Assembly: GCA_964605225.1 (NCBI GenBank)
Contig: CAZSAY010000001.1
Span: 7,663 to 71,662, forward strand
Reading direction: 5' to 3'
From: an uncultured Thermodesulfobacteriota bacterium
Lineage (GTDB): Bacteria; Desulfobacterota; GWC2-55-46; JADFVP01
Length of the DNA stretch: 64,000 nt
The notes below the pieces were generated by a model, which made no database searches, was not told the DNA's origin, and was given only the letters and a program-made list of their open reading frames with translations. The translations under genes and the position numbers were made by a program. Shown in pieces: positions 46,443-57,014 of this stretch. Position 1 is the first letter of the stretch; each line of letters begins with the position of its first letter.

Positions 46443-47501
46443 ATGGGCAAGATAAGGCTCCTTATAGTGGATGATTCCTCTTTTATGAGGAGTATTATAA
46501 AGAGAATGCTGAAAAATTATACTGATATTGAGGTGGTGGGCACGGCGAGAGACGGCGTGGAGGGGGTGGAAAAAGTTATGGAGCTCCGCCCCGATATCGT
46601 GACCATGGATATTGAGATGCCGAGGATGAACGGCATAGAGGCCACGGGCCATATAATGCGTGATTGCCCTGTGCCTGTAATTATGGTGAGTTCCATCTCC
46701 GTTGACGGGGCAAGGGCCACCCTGGATGCCCTTGAGAGGGGCGCGGTTGATTATATTTCCAAAAACATTGATAACTCGGCCCTTGACGTCATGGAGATAG
46801 AAAAGGACCTTGTGCGTAAAATCAGGACCTTCGCGCGGTCCGGGAAAAAACAGCGGCCTGCCGTGAGGTCAGTGGCACGGAAGGTAAAACCAGTCCAAAT
46901 CCCAAAACGGCCCCGAAGCTTTGCAACTCAGAACATAAAGACCGTGGTAATAGGCGCTTCCACCGGCGGGCCCAGGGCAATTCAAAAGGTCCTCTCCGGG
47001 CTTCCCGGGGGGCTTAAGGTCTCTTTTCTCGTTGTCGTGCATATGCCCGGCCAATTTACTACTGCTTTCTCGGAAAGGCTGAACGGGGTCTGCAAGATGA
47101 GTGTATCGGAGGCGAGTGACGGTCTTGAGGTCATGCCCGGCCATGTACTAATCTGTCCGGGAGGCCTTCAGACAAGATACGTGCGAAAGGGCGCCGCCGA
47201 GGTGCGTGTGCATATTAACAATGAACCTGCCCGGTCTCTTTATAAACCCTCTGCCAATGAGTCCATTACATCCGTGGCGTCATGCTTTAACGGCAGGGCC
47301 ATGGGCGTAATCCTTACGGGCATGGGCGATGACGGAATGCTGGGCATGCGCGAGATAAAACGCCACGGAGGCAAAACCCTTGTGCAAAGCGAGGAGTCAT
47401 GCACTGTATACGGCATGCCCAAGGCCGTTATAGACGATGGTCTCGCCGACAAGGTCGTCTCCCTTGATATGATAGCCGCTGAGATAGTTAACATGATATG
47501 A
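46443..47501 (+). CDS. cheB: chemotaxis response regulator protein-glutamate methylesterase CheB
   Basis: N-terminal receiver (LLIVDDSSFMR...DIVTMDIEMPRMNG) plus C-terminal CheB_methylest domain (VVIGASTGGPRAI...HMPGQFT...GMGDDG). Confidence 0.9.
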   Translation: MGKIRLLIVDDSSFMRSIIKRMLKNYTDIEVVGTARDGVEGVEKVMELRPDIVTMDIEMPRMNGIEATGHIMRDCPVPVIMVSSISVDGARATLDALERGAVDYISKNIDNSALDVMEIEKDLVRKIRTFARSGKKQRPAVRSVARKVKPVQIPKRPRSFATQNIKTVVIGASTGGPRAIQKVLSGLPGGLKVSFLVVVHMPGQFTTAFSERLNGVCKMSVSEASDGLEVMPGHVLICPGGLQTRYVRKGAAEVRVHINNEPARSLYKPSANESITSVASCFNGRAMGVILTGMGDDGMLGMREIKRHGGKTLVQSEESCTVYGMPKAVIDDGLADKVVSLDMIAAEIVNMI

Positions 47502-47542
47502 CCTTGCCGGGCCGGAGATAAAAAAGGAGTTTTTATAACCTC

Positions 47543-48319
47543 ATGGATATTCTCACAATAGCCGGCATATTGATAGGTATATTGGCCTTATTGGGCGGCC
47601 AGATCCTCGAAGGCGGCTCTATTCAATCCATCCTCCAGCCAACTGCGGCCATAATAGTCTTCGGAGGCACCCTTGGGGCTGTATTCGTGGCGCATCCCCC
47701 GGGTACTTTTCTACGGGCCGTGAAAGACGGTAGCAAGGCCTTTCGCGGCGGCGGTATATCAGCCGTGGCCATGATAAGTTATATATCGGGGCTCGCCGTC
47801 CAGTCCAAGACCCATGGACTACTCACCCTGGAGTCGAAGCTCAGGGATATTGAGCTCCCTTTTTTTAAAAAGGGCCTTCAGCTCGTTATAGACGGCGAGG
47901 AGCCGGAGCGGATACGGGAGATACTGGAGATAGAGCTCCAGTACTCCGAGGAATACTCCGAGGCCTCGGCGGCCCTCTTTGAGAGCGCGGGAGGTTTTGC
48001 CCCTACCATCGGTATCCTTGGAGCTGTACTCGGTCTTATTCAGGTAATGGAAAACCTCGCTGAGCCCGATAAGCTTGGCGCCGGTATCGCCGTGGCCTTT
48101 GTGGCAACCGTCTACGGCGTAGGCTCGGCAAATCTCTTATGGTTACCGCTGGCGGAAAAGATAAAGAAAAGGGTCCGCGAGGAGAGTATTATTAAAGAGT
48201 TGATAATAGAGGGTTTTATAGGCCTGTCCACAGGCGAAAACCCGAGGAGCCTGAAGGAGAAACTCGATGGCTTTGTACGAAAGCCCGAGAAGTTTGCTAC
48301 CCGTATAGGAGGCAGGTGA
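47543..48319 (+). CDS. second stator A subunit (MotA/PomA-like, 258 aa)
   Basis: MDILTIAGILIGILALLGGQILEGG N-terminus and MotA/TolQ/ExbB-family TM3-TM4 region (AFVATVYGVGSANLLWLPLA); shorter than the first MotA, like PomA/MotP-type subunits. Confidence 0.8.
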   Translation: MDILTIAGILIGILALLGGQILEGGSIQSILQPTAAIIVFGGTLGAVFVAHPPGTFLRAVKDGSKAFRGGGISAVAMISYISGLAVQSKTHGLLTLESKLRDIELPFFKKGLQLVIDGEEPERIREILEIELQYSEEYSEASAALFESAGGFAPTIGILGAVLGLIQVMENLAEPDKLGAGIAVAFVATVYGVGSANLLWLPLAEKIKKRVREESIIKELIIEGFIGLSTGENPRSLKEKLDGFVRKPEKFATRIGGR

Positions 48320-49023
48320 TGGGACGGAGAAGGAGAAAAAAAACTTCCGGCAGTAACCACGAGAGGTGGCTTGTATCGTACGCAGATTTCATAACCCTTC
48401 TTTTTGCCTTTTTTACGAGCATGTACGCCATGAGTTCCGTTAATGAGGGTAAGTTCAAGTCTTTTAGCGATGCCCTGCAAATGGCCTTTAACTCCTCATT
48501 GAATAACTCCATTACAGCCCTCATAACGCCCGTCGTGGCAGGCGACGGGCGCCGGAATCTCTCACGGGGGTTTCAGGAAAGGTTTTCCGGGAGATATCGC
48601 ACTCTCATGGGCTCCATGAAGGGAAAACCTGAGATGGAGGGCATCCGCCTTCTCATGGAAAAAGACAGGATTATTATCAGGGTCCCCGGGGGCACGCTCT
48701 TCAGGTCGGGAAGCGCCACGCTTATGCCCCGGTCCGGCGCCTTTCTATCCGAGCTCGCATCTACCCTCAAGGGGCTACATAGCCATATACAGATTCAGGG
48801 GCATACGGATAACGTGCCCACGAGCAACAAGAGTTTCAAATCCAACTGGGATCTATCAAGCGCACGGGCCTTATCGGTACTTAAATTTTTTGTAAACCGC
48901 CATAACATCGACCCTACCTTGATATCGGCAACCGGATACGGTGAGTACCGTCCCCTGGGCTCAAACGATACCCCTGACGGCAGGAGAAACAACAGGCGTC
49001 TTGACATTGTGGTCCTCCCTTAG
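48316..49023 (+). CDS. second stator B subunit (MotB/PomB-like, OmpA C-terminal domain)
   Basis: WLVSYADFITLLFAFF TM with conserved Asp; C-terminal OmpA-like motif (GHTDNVP...NWDLSSARALSV...NRRLDIVVLP); overlaps the motA2 stop. Confidence 0.8.
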   Translation: MMGRRRRKKTSGSNHERWLVSYADFITLLFAFFTSMYAMSSVNEGKFKSFSDALQMAFNSSLNNSITALITPVVAGDGRRNLSRGFQERFSGRYRTLMGSMKGKPEMEGIRLLMEKDRIIIRVPGGTLFRSGSATLMPRSGAFLSELASTLKGLHSHIQIQGHTDNVPTSNKSFKSNWDLSSARALSVLKFFVNRHNIDPTLISATGYGEYRPLGSNDTPDGRRNNRRLDIVVLP

Positions 49024-49254
49024 GGGCGGATGATCGGGCGCGGAGCGGTGAGAAGAGGCATAAGCGGGCCCCAGGACAGGCCTTAACAACGGGCAAACCT
49101 CAACGGGGGGGCGCGGTCCGGTGGAGCATGCATGTAAGTAGGAAGGGGTTACGGATACATAAGAAAATACATTATGGTTATTGGTTAACACATCGTAAAT
49201 ATTAATATAAAATATTATATAGCTGAGACGATGGGGTGGCTTGAAAGGCGGCCT

Positions 49255-50112
49255 TCATGAACATTCCTTTAACTTCATCTCTTCCACACGTTCTTTTACA
49301 TCTTCAAGTATATCAAAGATTTTATTTCCCATACCTATTGATTTAAGAATCCATGCGTGATTCTGCGAAGGCTCGCAGTCGCTGTCAATACCGCCACTAA
49401 CGTCTGAGACTATAAAGTCGGCGAGATATACGACATGGGGCAGGTACTCCATGGAAGGGTCAGCCTTGTCTATGGGACATTCCGAGGGGTTGTGATGATA
49501 GGATATGGAGCGCACGCAGGCCTCGGGGAGTTTAATTCTCTCGGCAAGCCATCCTCCCACCTCGGTGTGAGTGGCGCCGAAGGCCTTTTCCTCTCGTAGA
49601 AGCAGTCCCTCACGGCTCGCACCGGAGACATCGAGGTATTGCTCTCCAAAGAGCTGAAGTAAGACCACACGGCCGATGTCGTGGAGCAGGCCGGTAATAA
49701 AAGCCGGTTCATTGTCTACGACCATGCTCTCCTTGGCGATGAGCCCGGCGGCCATGCCCACTATAAATGAGTGGTCCCATAAGGCGTTTACGGAACGTAT
49801 GTTATTCGTGGAAAGCCCTGTAAAGATTGACGTCGATACGGCGAGGGTCTTTACCATGTTGAACCCCAGAACAAGTATGGCCTGGCTTATGCTCGATATC
49901 TGTCTTGGAAACCAGAAGTAGGCTCCGTTGGCCATGCTGAGGACCTTTGCGACAATTACGGGGTCGTGCTCTATGACGGCCTTGAGGTCGCTCACCGACG
50001 CCTTCTCGTCCTCGGCTACGGCCATGACCTTTCTGAATACGTCAGGGCTCGTCGCGCCCTGCATCATATTGTTTACCTTTTTTTTGAGTGCCATCTTTTT
50101 ATCGTCGCTCAT
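49255..50112 (-). CDS. HDOD-domain signalling protein
   Basis: HD-related output domain features (FITGLLHDIGRVVLLQLFGEQY, GATHTEVGGWLAERIKLPEA); 285 aa; convergent with motB2. Confidence 0.75.
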   Translation of the reverse strand: MSDDKKMALKKKVNNMMQGATSPDVFRKVMAVAEDEKASVSDLKAVIEHDPVIVAKVLSMANGAYFWFPRQISSISQAILVLGFNMVKTLAVSTSIFTGLSTNNIRSVNALWDHSFIVGMAAGLIAKESMVVDNEPAFITGLLHDIGRVVLLQLFGEQYLDVSGASREGLLLREEKAFGATHTEVGGWLAERIKLPEACVRSISYHHNPSECPIDKADPSMEYLPHVVYLADFIVSDVSGGIDSDCEPSQNHAWILKSIGMGNKIFDILEDVKERVEEMKLKECS

Positions 50113-50288
50113 TATCTATCCGCCTTTTCTCTCTGTCTGTGGTTTTTGTTATAGCTTCATGGCAGTTTTTTTTTATCTCTATTCTTTTCGCGTCTTGCTT
50201 TTTACGGGGCGTAATTAGCGCCCATTAAAGAAGTACACCCTTATATATATAACGGCAAAAAGGACTCTGGAGTTAAGGCTTCAGGGCA

Positions 50289-53200
50289 TTATCTTATGGT
50301 GGATAAAAAGGCGCTCACCACATCGGGGTCGAACTGCGTGCCCGAGCACCTCTTCAGCTCTGCCACCACCTCTTCTATGGACCTGCCTTTTCGGTATGGA
50401 CGGTCGGCGCTCATGGCGTCAATGGTATCGGCAACGGCGAGTATGCGCGCGAAGGCGGGAAGGGCCTTTCCCATAAGTCCCTCATCGGGGTAGCCCCTGC
50501 CGTCATACCATACATGGTGATACCTTATGCCGGGTATGATGTCTTTGAGCTCCTTTAGAGGAGATAGTATGTCCGCGCCCTTTACGGGGTGCTTTTGTAT
50601 CTGTTTATACTCCTTATTAGTAAGCCTGCCGGCCTTATCAAGTATCCCCTCATAGGTGGCTATCTTTCCTATGTCATGGAGGAGCCCCGAGAGCTCAAGG
50701 TCCCTTAACTCCTGCTTTTTAAGACCCATTACCCTTGCTATGCGTATGGCTATCTCCGTAACCCTCTCGGAGTGGCCCCGGGTCCAGGGGCTTTTCGCGT
50801 CAAGGGTCTTTGAGAGGGTGCGCACGGTGCCGAGGAAAAGCCTCTCAAGGTCGCTCACGAGACGTGTATTCTCAAGGGCCACACCTATATGGGAAGAGAA
50901 TTGTTCCAGCGTGGAGAGGTCCCCGGCGCCGAAGGCCGAGACGCGGCGCGAGGAGACGTTAAGCATGCCCTTTATCTCGTTCTTCACCGTAAGGGGTATT
51001 ATTATGACGGAGTTAAGCCCTTGTTCATTAAAGCGTTTTTCAATACCGGTGGGCTTTATTATCTCACTCGTATCTCCTGTGGCATATGGCATGAACTCGT
51101 TAATAACCCTTGAAAAAATGGTTTTTTCCGTTTTAAAGCTCTCACCCCTCTCAGCGAGGGTTTTGCCGTACCCTGCCGTGTACACGATGCGCCTGTCCTT
51201 TACCACCCATACATCGGCGCCGTCGCACTGCACAAGGCGAGATATCATCCTTGCCGAGGTCTCAAGTATCTCGTCCGTGCTTACGGCAGAGAGGATGGAG
51301 CGGTCTATCTCGTTTAGCATCTTAATGGTCATTATCTTTCTGGATAGATCCATGGTCCTGTTTATGGACTCTTTATATAGGCGTGCCTCGTCTATGGCCA
51401 CGGAGGCCTGACCGGCGAAACCGCGCATTAGCTCAAGGTCACGTTCGCTTAGTCCCTGCCCCTTGATGTTGCCTTCCCTGTAGGCGGCCAAGATGAGCCC
51501 AAGGTATGCGCCTCTGTAGGTAATGGGGATGATGGCTATGGAGGCCATGTCCCCGAGGCACTCGATAAAGCTGTTATCGTGAAAGACGTCACGAATAGCC
51601 CTCTCTTTCGAGGCCGATAAGACAAGCGCCTCACCTGTCTCAAGGGTTTTCAGGATGAAATGGTTCGTGCCATCTATGGGCGCGTTCTTGAAAATGGGCT
51701 GGTTCGCCCGGGCTATGCCCACGCCCTGCGATGGGATAAAGGTCCTTGTCTCTTCATCAACGAGGTAGGCCGCCACTATATCGGCGGAGAGTATCTCCTT
51801 TACGCATGAGACAATTTCACCGAGGAGCATATCTATATTGGTGGTCTTGGAGGTGGCCTCGGCGATCTTGAGTAGCTGGCGGTTAACGGCTACCTCCTGC
51901 TCTATACGCAGGAGGTTCTTTTTTTCAACGCTTATATCCTCCATGATGTGGAGGGCATAGGTGAATTTGCCGCTCTCATCACGTAGCGGTATGTATCTCA
52001 ACCTGAAGGTCGTCTCCTCACCGAGGGATATCTCCTCTTTTTCAACCTTGCAGTATCCGTCCTTCTCTTTATCGCAGATGGAAAAGGGGCCCTTTATAAG
52101 TGGATAGACCTCATAATAAGGCCTTGAAATGATATCCTGAAAGGGGCGGCCAGCGAGTTTTTGATAGGCCATGTTGCATTTAATGACCTCGAACTCCTTG
52201 TTATGAATAAAGATGGGGTCTGGTATACTGTCAAAGGTCTTTTCCCATTCTTTCTTGCTCCTCTCTACGTCGCCAAGGAGGTTCAAGATCGAGTTTTTTG
52301 AGACCTCAAGGTCTATTACGGAACGTTCGAGCTCAGTTGTGCGCTCTTTTACCTTTTGCTCAAGCTCTACGGTATAATCGCGGCGCGTTTTTTCAAGGGC
52401 GGCGCGCTCCGAGATATCCCGCATGAAACAGAGCACGAACTCGTTCCTCTCCGTATCTACACGCGATGCGGTGATATCCACGGGGACTAATTCTCCGCCC
52501 TTTCTCTTTATGAAGGCGTTTTGGCGTTCCTCCCTGTCTTTGCCTGAGGATAGGGAGAATATAGCGGCCGAGTCCCCCTCGAAGCATGTTGGCTGTACGT
52601 TGTCAATAGTGAGACTAAGGAGTTCATCGCGTGAGTATCCCGTAAGTAGTGCGGCCGCGTCATTGGCCTCTACAATGGATCGTCTCCCGGGGTCAAGAAG
52701 AAATACGGCGTCAGGCGCCGTGTATATAAGCCCTCTATACCGGTGGGCGGACCTTTCGAGCTTCTCGCAGGTCTCTCCCAGCGATAACCTCATTGCGTTG
52801 AAGGCCTTTGCCAGCCCCTCAAGCTCATCACCGGGGCTGACCTCAATGGGGCCGTTTCTTTGGCCCTCTGTAATATCCTCCACCTGTCTCTTCATGGCCC
52901 TTACAGGGGCGGTGATAAGCCCGGAGAGAAGGTGGCTGAGGTACAACCCGAATGCAATGAGAAGCACAACCGCCCCGGTCATTACCTTCCATGCGTCTTT
53001 CCACGCGCCCTTCATGGAGGCAACGTTTGCGGTGAGCTCCTCCATCTCAATCTTGTGCCACTTTTTAAGTGAGCCAGGTATGGCCCCGGCCCATACTGCA
53101 GTCATCTTCTTGACCAACTCGGCCCCCTGCCTGCCGTCCATGGGCCTTTCAATGGTGAAAACCTCGGCCGATAACCCCCTTATATCCGCCCAGGCAAGGG

Positions 53201-53558
53201 AGATGGCGGCCAGGAGTTTCTCTTCCTCCATGAGCTTTCCCGTATCACGCTCCTTACCTGATGAGTAATGGGACTTTGCCATCTTTATGATTATGGCCTG
53301 CACAACATCCAATGTCTTCTTAAACTCATCGCGGTGCCGGGTCTTGCCTGTTAGGATATATTTTTTTAAAGGGTTAAACGCGCCGCCGCCCAATGCGGAG
53401 AGCCTTGTGACGGCCTTTAACTCTTCCCGTATGGTCTCGCCTCTATCAATGCTTTCGTAAAGAAGCCTCTGGTTATAGAGTGCGACACCTGCCGTGGAGG
53501 CCAGAAAAACCGCCAGTAGAGAGCAAAAGGCCAGGAATATTTTTGATCGTATCTTCAT
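50289..53558 (-). CDS. multi-sensor c-di-GMP phosphodiesterase: periplasmic sensor-TM-HAMP-PAS-PAS-GAF-GAF-HD-GYP (1089 aa)
   Basis: Two TM segments flanking a ~170-aa periplasmic region; HAMP; two PAS-like segments; two GAF-like segments; C-terminal HD-GYP with LLHDIGKIA and HHVWYDGRGYPDEG motifs. Confidence 0.8.
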   Translation of the reverse strand: MKIRSKIFLAFCSLLAVFLASTAGVALYNQRLLYESIDRGETIREELKAVTRLSALGGGAFNPLKKYILTGKTRHRDEFKKTLDVVQAIIIKMAKSHYSSGKERDTGKLMEEEKLLAAISLAWADIRGLSAEVFTIERPMDGRQGAELVKKMTAVWAGAIPGSLKKWHKIEMEELTANVASMKGAWKDAWKVMTGAVVLLIAFGLYLSHLLSGLITAPVRAMKRQVEDITEGQRNGPIEVSPGDELEGLAKAFNAMRLSLGETCEKLERSAHRYRGLIYTAPDAVFLLDPGRRSIVEANDAAALLTGYSRDELLSLTIDNVQPTCFEGDSAAIFSLSSGKDREERQNAFIKRKGGELVPVDITASRVDTERNEFVLCFMRDISERAALEKTRRDYTVELEQKVKERTTELERSVIDLEVSKNSILNLLGDVERSKKEWEKTFDSIPDPIFIHNKEFEVIKCNMAYQKLAGRPFQDIISRPYYEVYPLIKGPFSICDKEKDGYCKVEKEEISLGEETTFRLRYIPLRDESGKFTYALHIMEDISVEKKNLLRIEQEVAVNRQLLKIAEATSKTTNIDMLLGEIVSCVKEILSADIVAAYLVDEETRTFIPSQGVGIARANQPIFKNAPIDGTNHFILKTLETGEALVLSASKERAIRDVFHDNSFIECLGDMASIAIIPITYRGAYLGLILAAYREGNIKGQGLSERDLELMRGFAGQASVAIDEARLYKESINRTMDLSRKIMTIKMLNEIDRSILSAVSTDEILETSARMISRLVQCDGADVWVVKDRRIVYTAGYGKTLAERGESFKTEKTIFSRVINEFMPYATGDTSEIIKPTGIEKRFNEQGLNSVIIIPLTVKNEIKGMLNVSSRRVSAFGAGDLSTLEQFSSHIGVALENTRLVSDLERLFLGTVRTLSKTLDAKSPWTRGHSERVTEIAIRIARVMGLKKQELRDLELSGLLHDIGKIATYEGILDKAGRLTNKEYKQIQKHPVKGADILSPLKELKDIIPGIRYHHVWYDGRGYPDEGLMGKALPAFARILAVADTIDAMSADRPYRKGRSIEEVVAELKRCSGTQFDPDVVSAFLSTIR

Positions 53559-53792
53559 GGCGGGGTAATTTCCTCATTGTGATTGGTCCGAGTCCCTGTT
53601 CTCCATATAAGCATAAGCCGGGATATGGATTTACCCTGCAACCTTATATGTACAGAGATTGCTATCGGTTACTGATTCGACTAAAAGCGGCAAAACTTTA
53701 ACGCCGCTCTGTGTTATCGAAAGAAGTCTTCTGAGCGGTCTTCAATCATCGGCGCTTGTTCGAAGATGTGAAATTAATTTTCACCTGGAGAT

Positions 53793-53820
53793 TAAAGTTT
53801 TTCCCCCTCTATGCCGAATA
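53793..53820 (+). promoter_or_regulatory. sigma28-type promoter (TAAA-N16-GCCGAATA) for cheW-mcp
   Basis: atTAAAgtttttccccctctatGCCGAATAg, ~85 nt upstream of the cheW ATG. Confidence 0.5.
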
Positions 53821-53905
53821 GAGTGAAAAGCGCCCGTTACGTGCGGCCGGCAGGGCTTTGTCCCGGCAATATAAATGTATAAGGATATTTATAAGGAGGA
53901 GGGTT

Positions 53906-54400
53906 ATGGGCCACAAGAGAGAGGGTGATAGCAGTGATGTACTGCAACTTGTCACCTTCAGGCTGGGGAACGAGGAGTTTTCCGTGGACATCCTGAAGGT
54001 TCAGGAGATTATAAGAGACATGGAGCTTACGAGAGTCCCGAGGGCCCCTGACTTTGTCGAGGGGGTGATAAACCTGCGGGGCAGGGTCATACCCGTAATA
54101 GACCTTAGAAAGAGGTTCGGCTTCGAGTCCTCTGAAAAGACCTCCGAGACCCGCATAATCGTTATTGACGTGAACGATAGGACCGTGGGGTTAAGGGTTG
54201 ACGGCGTATCAGAGGTTCTCAGGCTTCCCGCCGATACGGTTGAGCCCGCGCCGACCCTTGTTACAGGCGCAGGCTCCGATTATATAAGCGGCGTCGGCAA
54301 GGTAGACGAGAGGCTGATAATACTCCTTGATGTGGGAAAACTCCTCTCGGAGAGCGAACGCGACGCCCTTGGCGAGGTATTGAACTCCACTGCCGCATAA
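53906..54400 (+). CDS. cheW: chemotaxis coupling protein CheW
   Basis: LVTFRLGNEEFSVDILKVQEIIRDMELTRVPRAPDFVEGVINLRGRVIPVIDLRKRFG is a canonical CheW domain; start set at the ATG after aaggaggagggttATG. Confidence 0.85.
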   Translation: MGHKREGDSSDVLQLVTFRLGNEEFSVDILKVQEIIRDMELTRVPRAPDFVEGVINLRGRVIPVIDLRKRFGFESSEKTSETRIIVIDVNDRTVGLRVDGVSEVLRLPADTVEPAPTLVTGAGSDYISGVGKVDERLIILLDVGKLLSESERDALGEVLNSTAA

Positions 54401-54456
54401 TCGCCCCCATTTAAGGGGTCTTAATTTAAAACGTATCTATTCCATGGAGGGTAATT

Positions 54457-56553
54457 ATGAATCTCAGTTCTTTAAAGGCAAGATTTTCAATCAGTTTTCT
54501 CGTACTGCTGGTGTTTTTCCTCGTACAGATACCCATAGTCTACTCCCTTGTATCTTCCATGGGGACAGGGCTAAAGACAGTTGATATATCAGGAGGGCTA
54601 AGAAAGAGGGTAGTGGAGATAAGCTATGTGCTCACACGTCATATCCTCACAAACGACGAGTCCCTTGAGCCCGTCTTTCAGGCAAAAAAACAGGAGTTCG
54701 AGAATGTCCTTACAGGACTTAAAGAGGGCTCCGCTGAGATACCGGCCATAACAAATGCCGAACAGCTCGCTCAGCTCAAGGCAGTGGAGAAGAAGTGGCA
54801 GACTACGAACCAGGCCTTTAACAAGGCCATGAATTACGGAGACGGCCTTAACGGGGGCCTCGCCACCCTCGACGCGCAGATTCCCGTGATGATAGGCAGA
54901 CTCAACAAGGCGATAAAGGCCTTTGTCAAGCTGAATAACCCCTTATATGGACGTAGTATCAACCTCGCGGGGCTTCAGCGCATGAGGACCGTAAAGCTCG
55001 GTTATCTCACGCATCGGTACTTTTCTACCTTTGACGATAAGACCAAGGCCGAGCTTGAAGGGGCCATAGACAAGACTATCTCCAATTTCGAAGAGACACT
55101 AATGGGACTCGAGTTCGGCTCAGAGGCATTAGGGCTTAGAAAACCGGTTCCCGGAGAGGTAGTAGCCGCCATGGGGCCTGTTAAGGAGCTATGGAAGTCC
55201 AGAAAGACGATTATTCACAACGTTGTCGATCTTAAGGGCAAGTTTGATAAAGAGATGAGCGCCATCGCCAATGAACATACTGCCGATATAGTGACCGCCG
55301 CCACCGTACTTAATCACGGCATCGCCGCCGCGGCCAACTCGCAGGCAAGGCACGTGCTTACTTTAATGATCGCCATGGTCTGCGTATCCGCGGCCCTTGT
55401 TATCTTCTTCCTCTTCAGGACCACACGTCTCGTAATCAAACCCATAGAGAGGGTGGAGGAGATGGTAACAAAATTCGCCTCCGGCGACCTCTCTGGCAGG
55501 GTGCGGATAAACAACAAATCCTTTGGCAAGGTAATTAAGGACGAGGTATACAGTCTCTCCACAAGCATAAACGCCATGGCCGACTCCATGAGCGATATAG
55601 TGGGCAAAATTGGCAACTCATCGGCAAGCCTTGGGACCTCATCGGGACAGCTCGCCACGTCATCGTCTAATATGAACGAGGGCGTAAACAGGCAGTCCGC
55701 TCAGACCGCTCAGGTGGCCACGGCCATGGAAGAGATGAACGCCGCCGTCATAGAGGTGGCCAGAAACTCACACAGCGCCACCGAGACGGCGAGAAACGCC
55801 CGCGATATAGCCGCCAAGGGCGGAGACGTCGTAGGCCAGGCCATTAACGCCATGAAAGACGTGGCCGAGTCCACGGACGTAACAGGCACCACCATTAAGA
55901 GCCTCGGCAAGAGCTCCGAGGAGATAGGCACCATCATATCCGTTATCAACGACATAGCCGACCAGACAAACCTCCTTGCCCTTAACGCGGCCATAGAGGC
56001 GGCCCGCGCAGGTGAGCAGGGCAGGGGCTTTGCCGTCGTGGCCGATGAGGTGAGAAAACTCGCCGAGAGAACCACGAAGGCCACAAAAGAGATAAGCGAG
56101 ATGATAAACACCATTCAGGATGAGACCACGCAGGCCGTCAACGCCATGGAAGAGGGCACTCATAAGGTGGAGAACGGCGTGAAACTCGCCAATGAGGCCG
56201 GAGAGGCCCTCTCGCAGATAGTCACGGGCGTCGAGGACGTAAACGACATGATAGGGCAGATAGCCACCGCCGCCGAGGAGCAGAGCGCCACGGCAGAGGA
56301 GATAGCCCGAAACATGGAGAATATCTCCGAGGCCGCTCAATCCAATGTAGACGCCATAAACGACGTCAACGGCGCCTCCGGTAGTGTCGCAGAGATAGCC
56401 TCTGAGCTTAAGGCACTTGTGGGCAGGTTTGTTGTCACGAGCCGTGCCATTGATGACATTCCCGAGTTGAAACTCATACAGGGCTCGGGACGCCAGGAGC
56501 AGGATGTGGTAGATACCCATAACCCCTATAACCAGAACGCGCAGGGTTTATGA
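54457..56553 (+). CDS. methyl-accepting chemotaxis protein with ~260-aa periplasmic sensor domain
   Basis: TM1-periplasmic domain-TM2-HAMP, then the MA signalling domain with the highly conserved [34 protein letters not shown] hairpin tip. Confidence 0.85.
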   Translation: MNLSSLKARFSISFLVLLVFFLVQIPIVYSLVSSMGTGLKTVDISGGLRKRVVEISYVLTRHILTNDESLEPVFQAKKQEFENVLTGLKEGSAEIPAITNAEQLAQLKAVEKKWQTTNQAFNKAMNYGDGLNGGLATLDAQIPVMIGRLNKAIKAFVKLNNPLYGRSINLAGLQRMRTVKLGYLTHRYFSTFDDKTKAELEGAIDKTISNFEETLMGLEFGSEALGLRKPVPGEVVAAMGPVKELWKSRKTIIHNVVDLKGKFDKEMSAIANEHTADIVTAATVLNHGIAAAANSQARHVLTLMIAMVCVSAALVIFFLFRTTRLVIKPIERVEEMVTKFASGDLSGRVRINNKSFGKVIKDEVYSLSTSINAMADSMSDIVGKIGNSSASLGTSSGQLATSSSNMNEGVNRQSAQTAQVATAMEEMNAAVIEVARNSHSATETARNARDIAAKGGDVVGQAINAMKDVAESTDVTGTTIKSLGKSSEEIGTIISVINDIADQTNLLALNAAIEAARAGEQGRGFAVVADEVRKLAERTTKATKEISEMINTIQDETTQAVNAMEEGTHKVENGVKLANEAGEALSQIVTGVEDVNDMIGQIATAAEEQSATAEEIARNMENISEAAQSNVDAINDVNGASGSVAEIASELKALVGRFVVTSRAIDDIPELKLIQGSGRQEQDVVDTHNPYNQNAQGL

Positions 56554-56751
56554 GGCCGGTATGGGCATGTATAAGAGTGTTATGATAGATAAGCGCAAAG
56601 AGAGAAGAGGTGTAATGCCTCCATGAAAGCAGGGAAAGTGCGGAGGTGGTCTTTAATAAAGGACTGCCTCGCACCTGTTTTTCGCTACATCAATGACAGG
56701 GAGCCGGTTGCCGGATTTTGGAAGAGAATGTTTTTTCTCCTGATTGGAAGA

Positions 56752-56765
56752 GGCACGGTTTTTGC
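56752..56765 (+). promoter_or_regulatory. candidate sigma54-like promoter (aGGCAC-N5-TTGCA)
   Basis: gaagaGGCACggtttTTGCAtc with correct GG-N10-GC spacing, 40 nt upstream of a 62-aa ORF and ~250 nt upstream of the 57015 gene. Confidence 0.3.
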
Positions 56766-57014
56766 ATCTTAAGATAAGCGAGGTAAGGTCTTATGGGAGA
56801 TGACGGCGCGGTTCATATGCCAGGTTTAAGCCGCTCAATTTTGCCGGTACGGCCTCTAAGGCCAGTGGACAAAAAACGCCCCTCAGGGGAGCGCAGGAAT
56901 AAGCGGCAGAGGAAGGACAGGGACGAAGACCACGGGGACGGCACTGAAAAGGGTGATGAGAGAATCGACATCATGGTCTGAGCCGTCTTACGCCCCACCC
57001 TTTAAGGAGATAAG

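Noticed and set aside
49024-49254. AT-rich stretch (…attaatataaaatattatatagctg…) between convergent motB2 and the HDOD gene, considered as a promoter or mobile-element end
   Set aside because: Both flanking genes converge on it, so it is most likely a shared termination zone; no inverted repeats or integrase/transposase nearby.
50656-53268. 251-aa and 281-aa + strand ORFs inside the HD-GYP gene; also 55768-56520 (-) inside the MCP; 59860-60489 (+) inside the TonB-like gene; 62310-62736 (+) inside the zinc-ribbon gene; 36240-36656 (-) inside flhA
   Set aside because: All lie antisense within long ORFs that have strong domain signatures on the opposite strand; their translations are low complexity and lack motifs.
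56793-56981. 62-aa highly charged ORF as a confident gene
   Set aside because: Not rejected outright, but not listed as a feature: composition (Arg/Lys block then Asp/Glu block) could arise by chance in a GA-rich stretch, and there is no conservation evidence; kept only as a finding.
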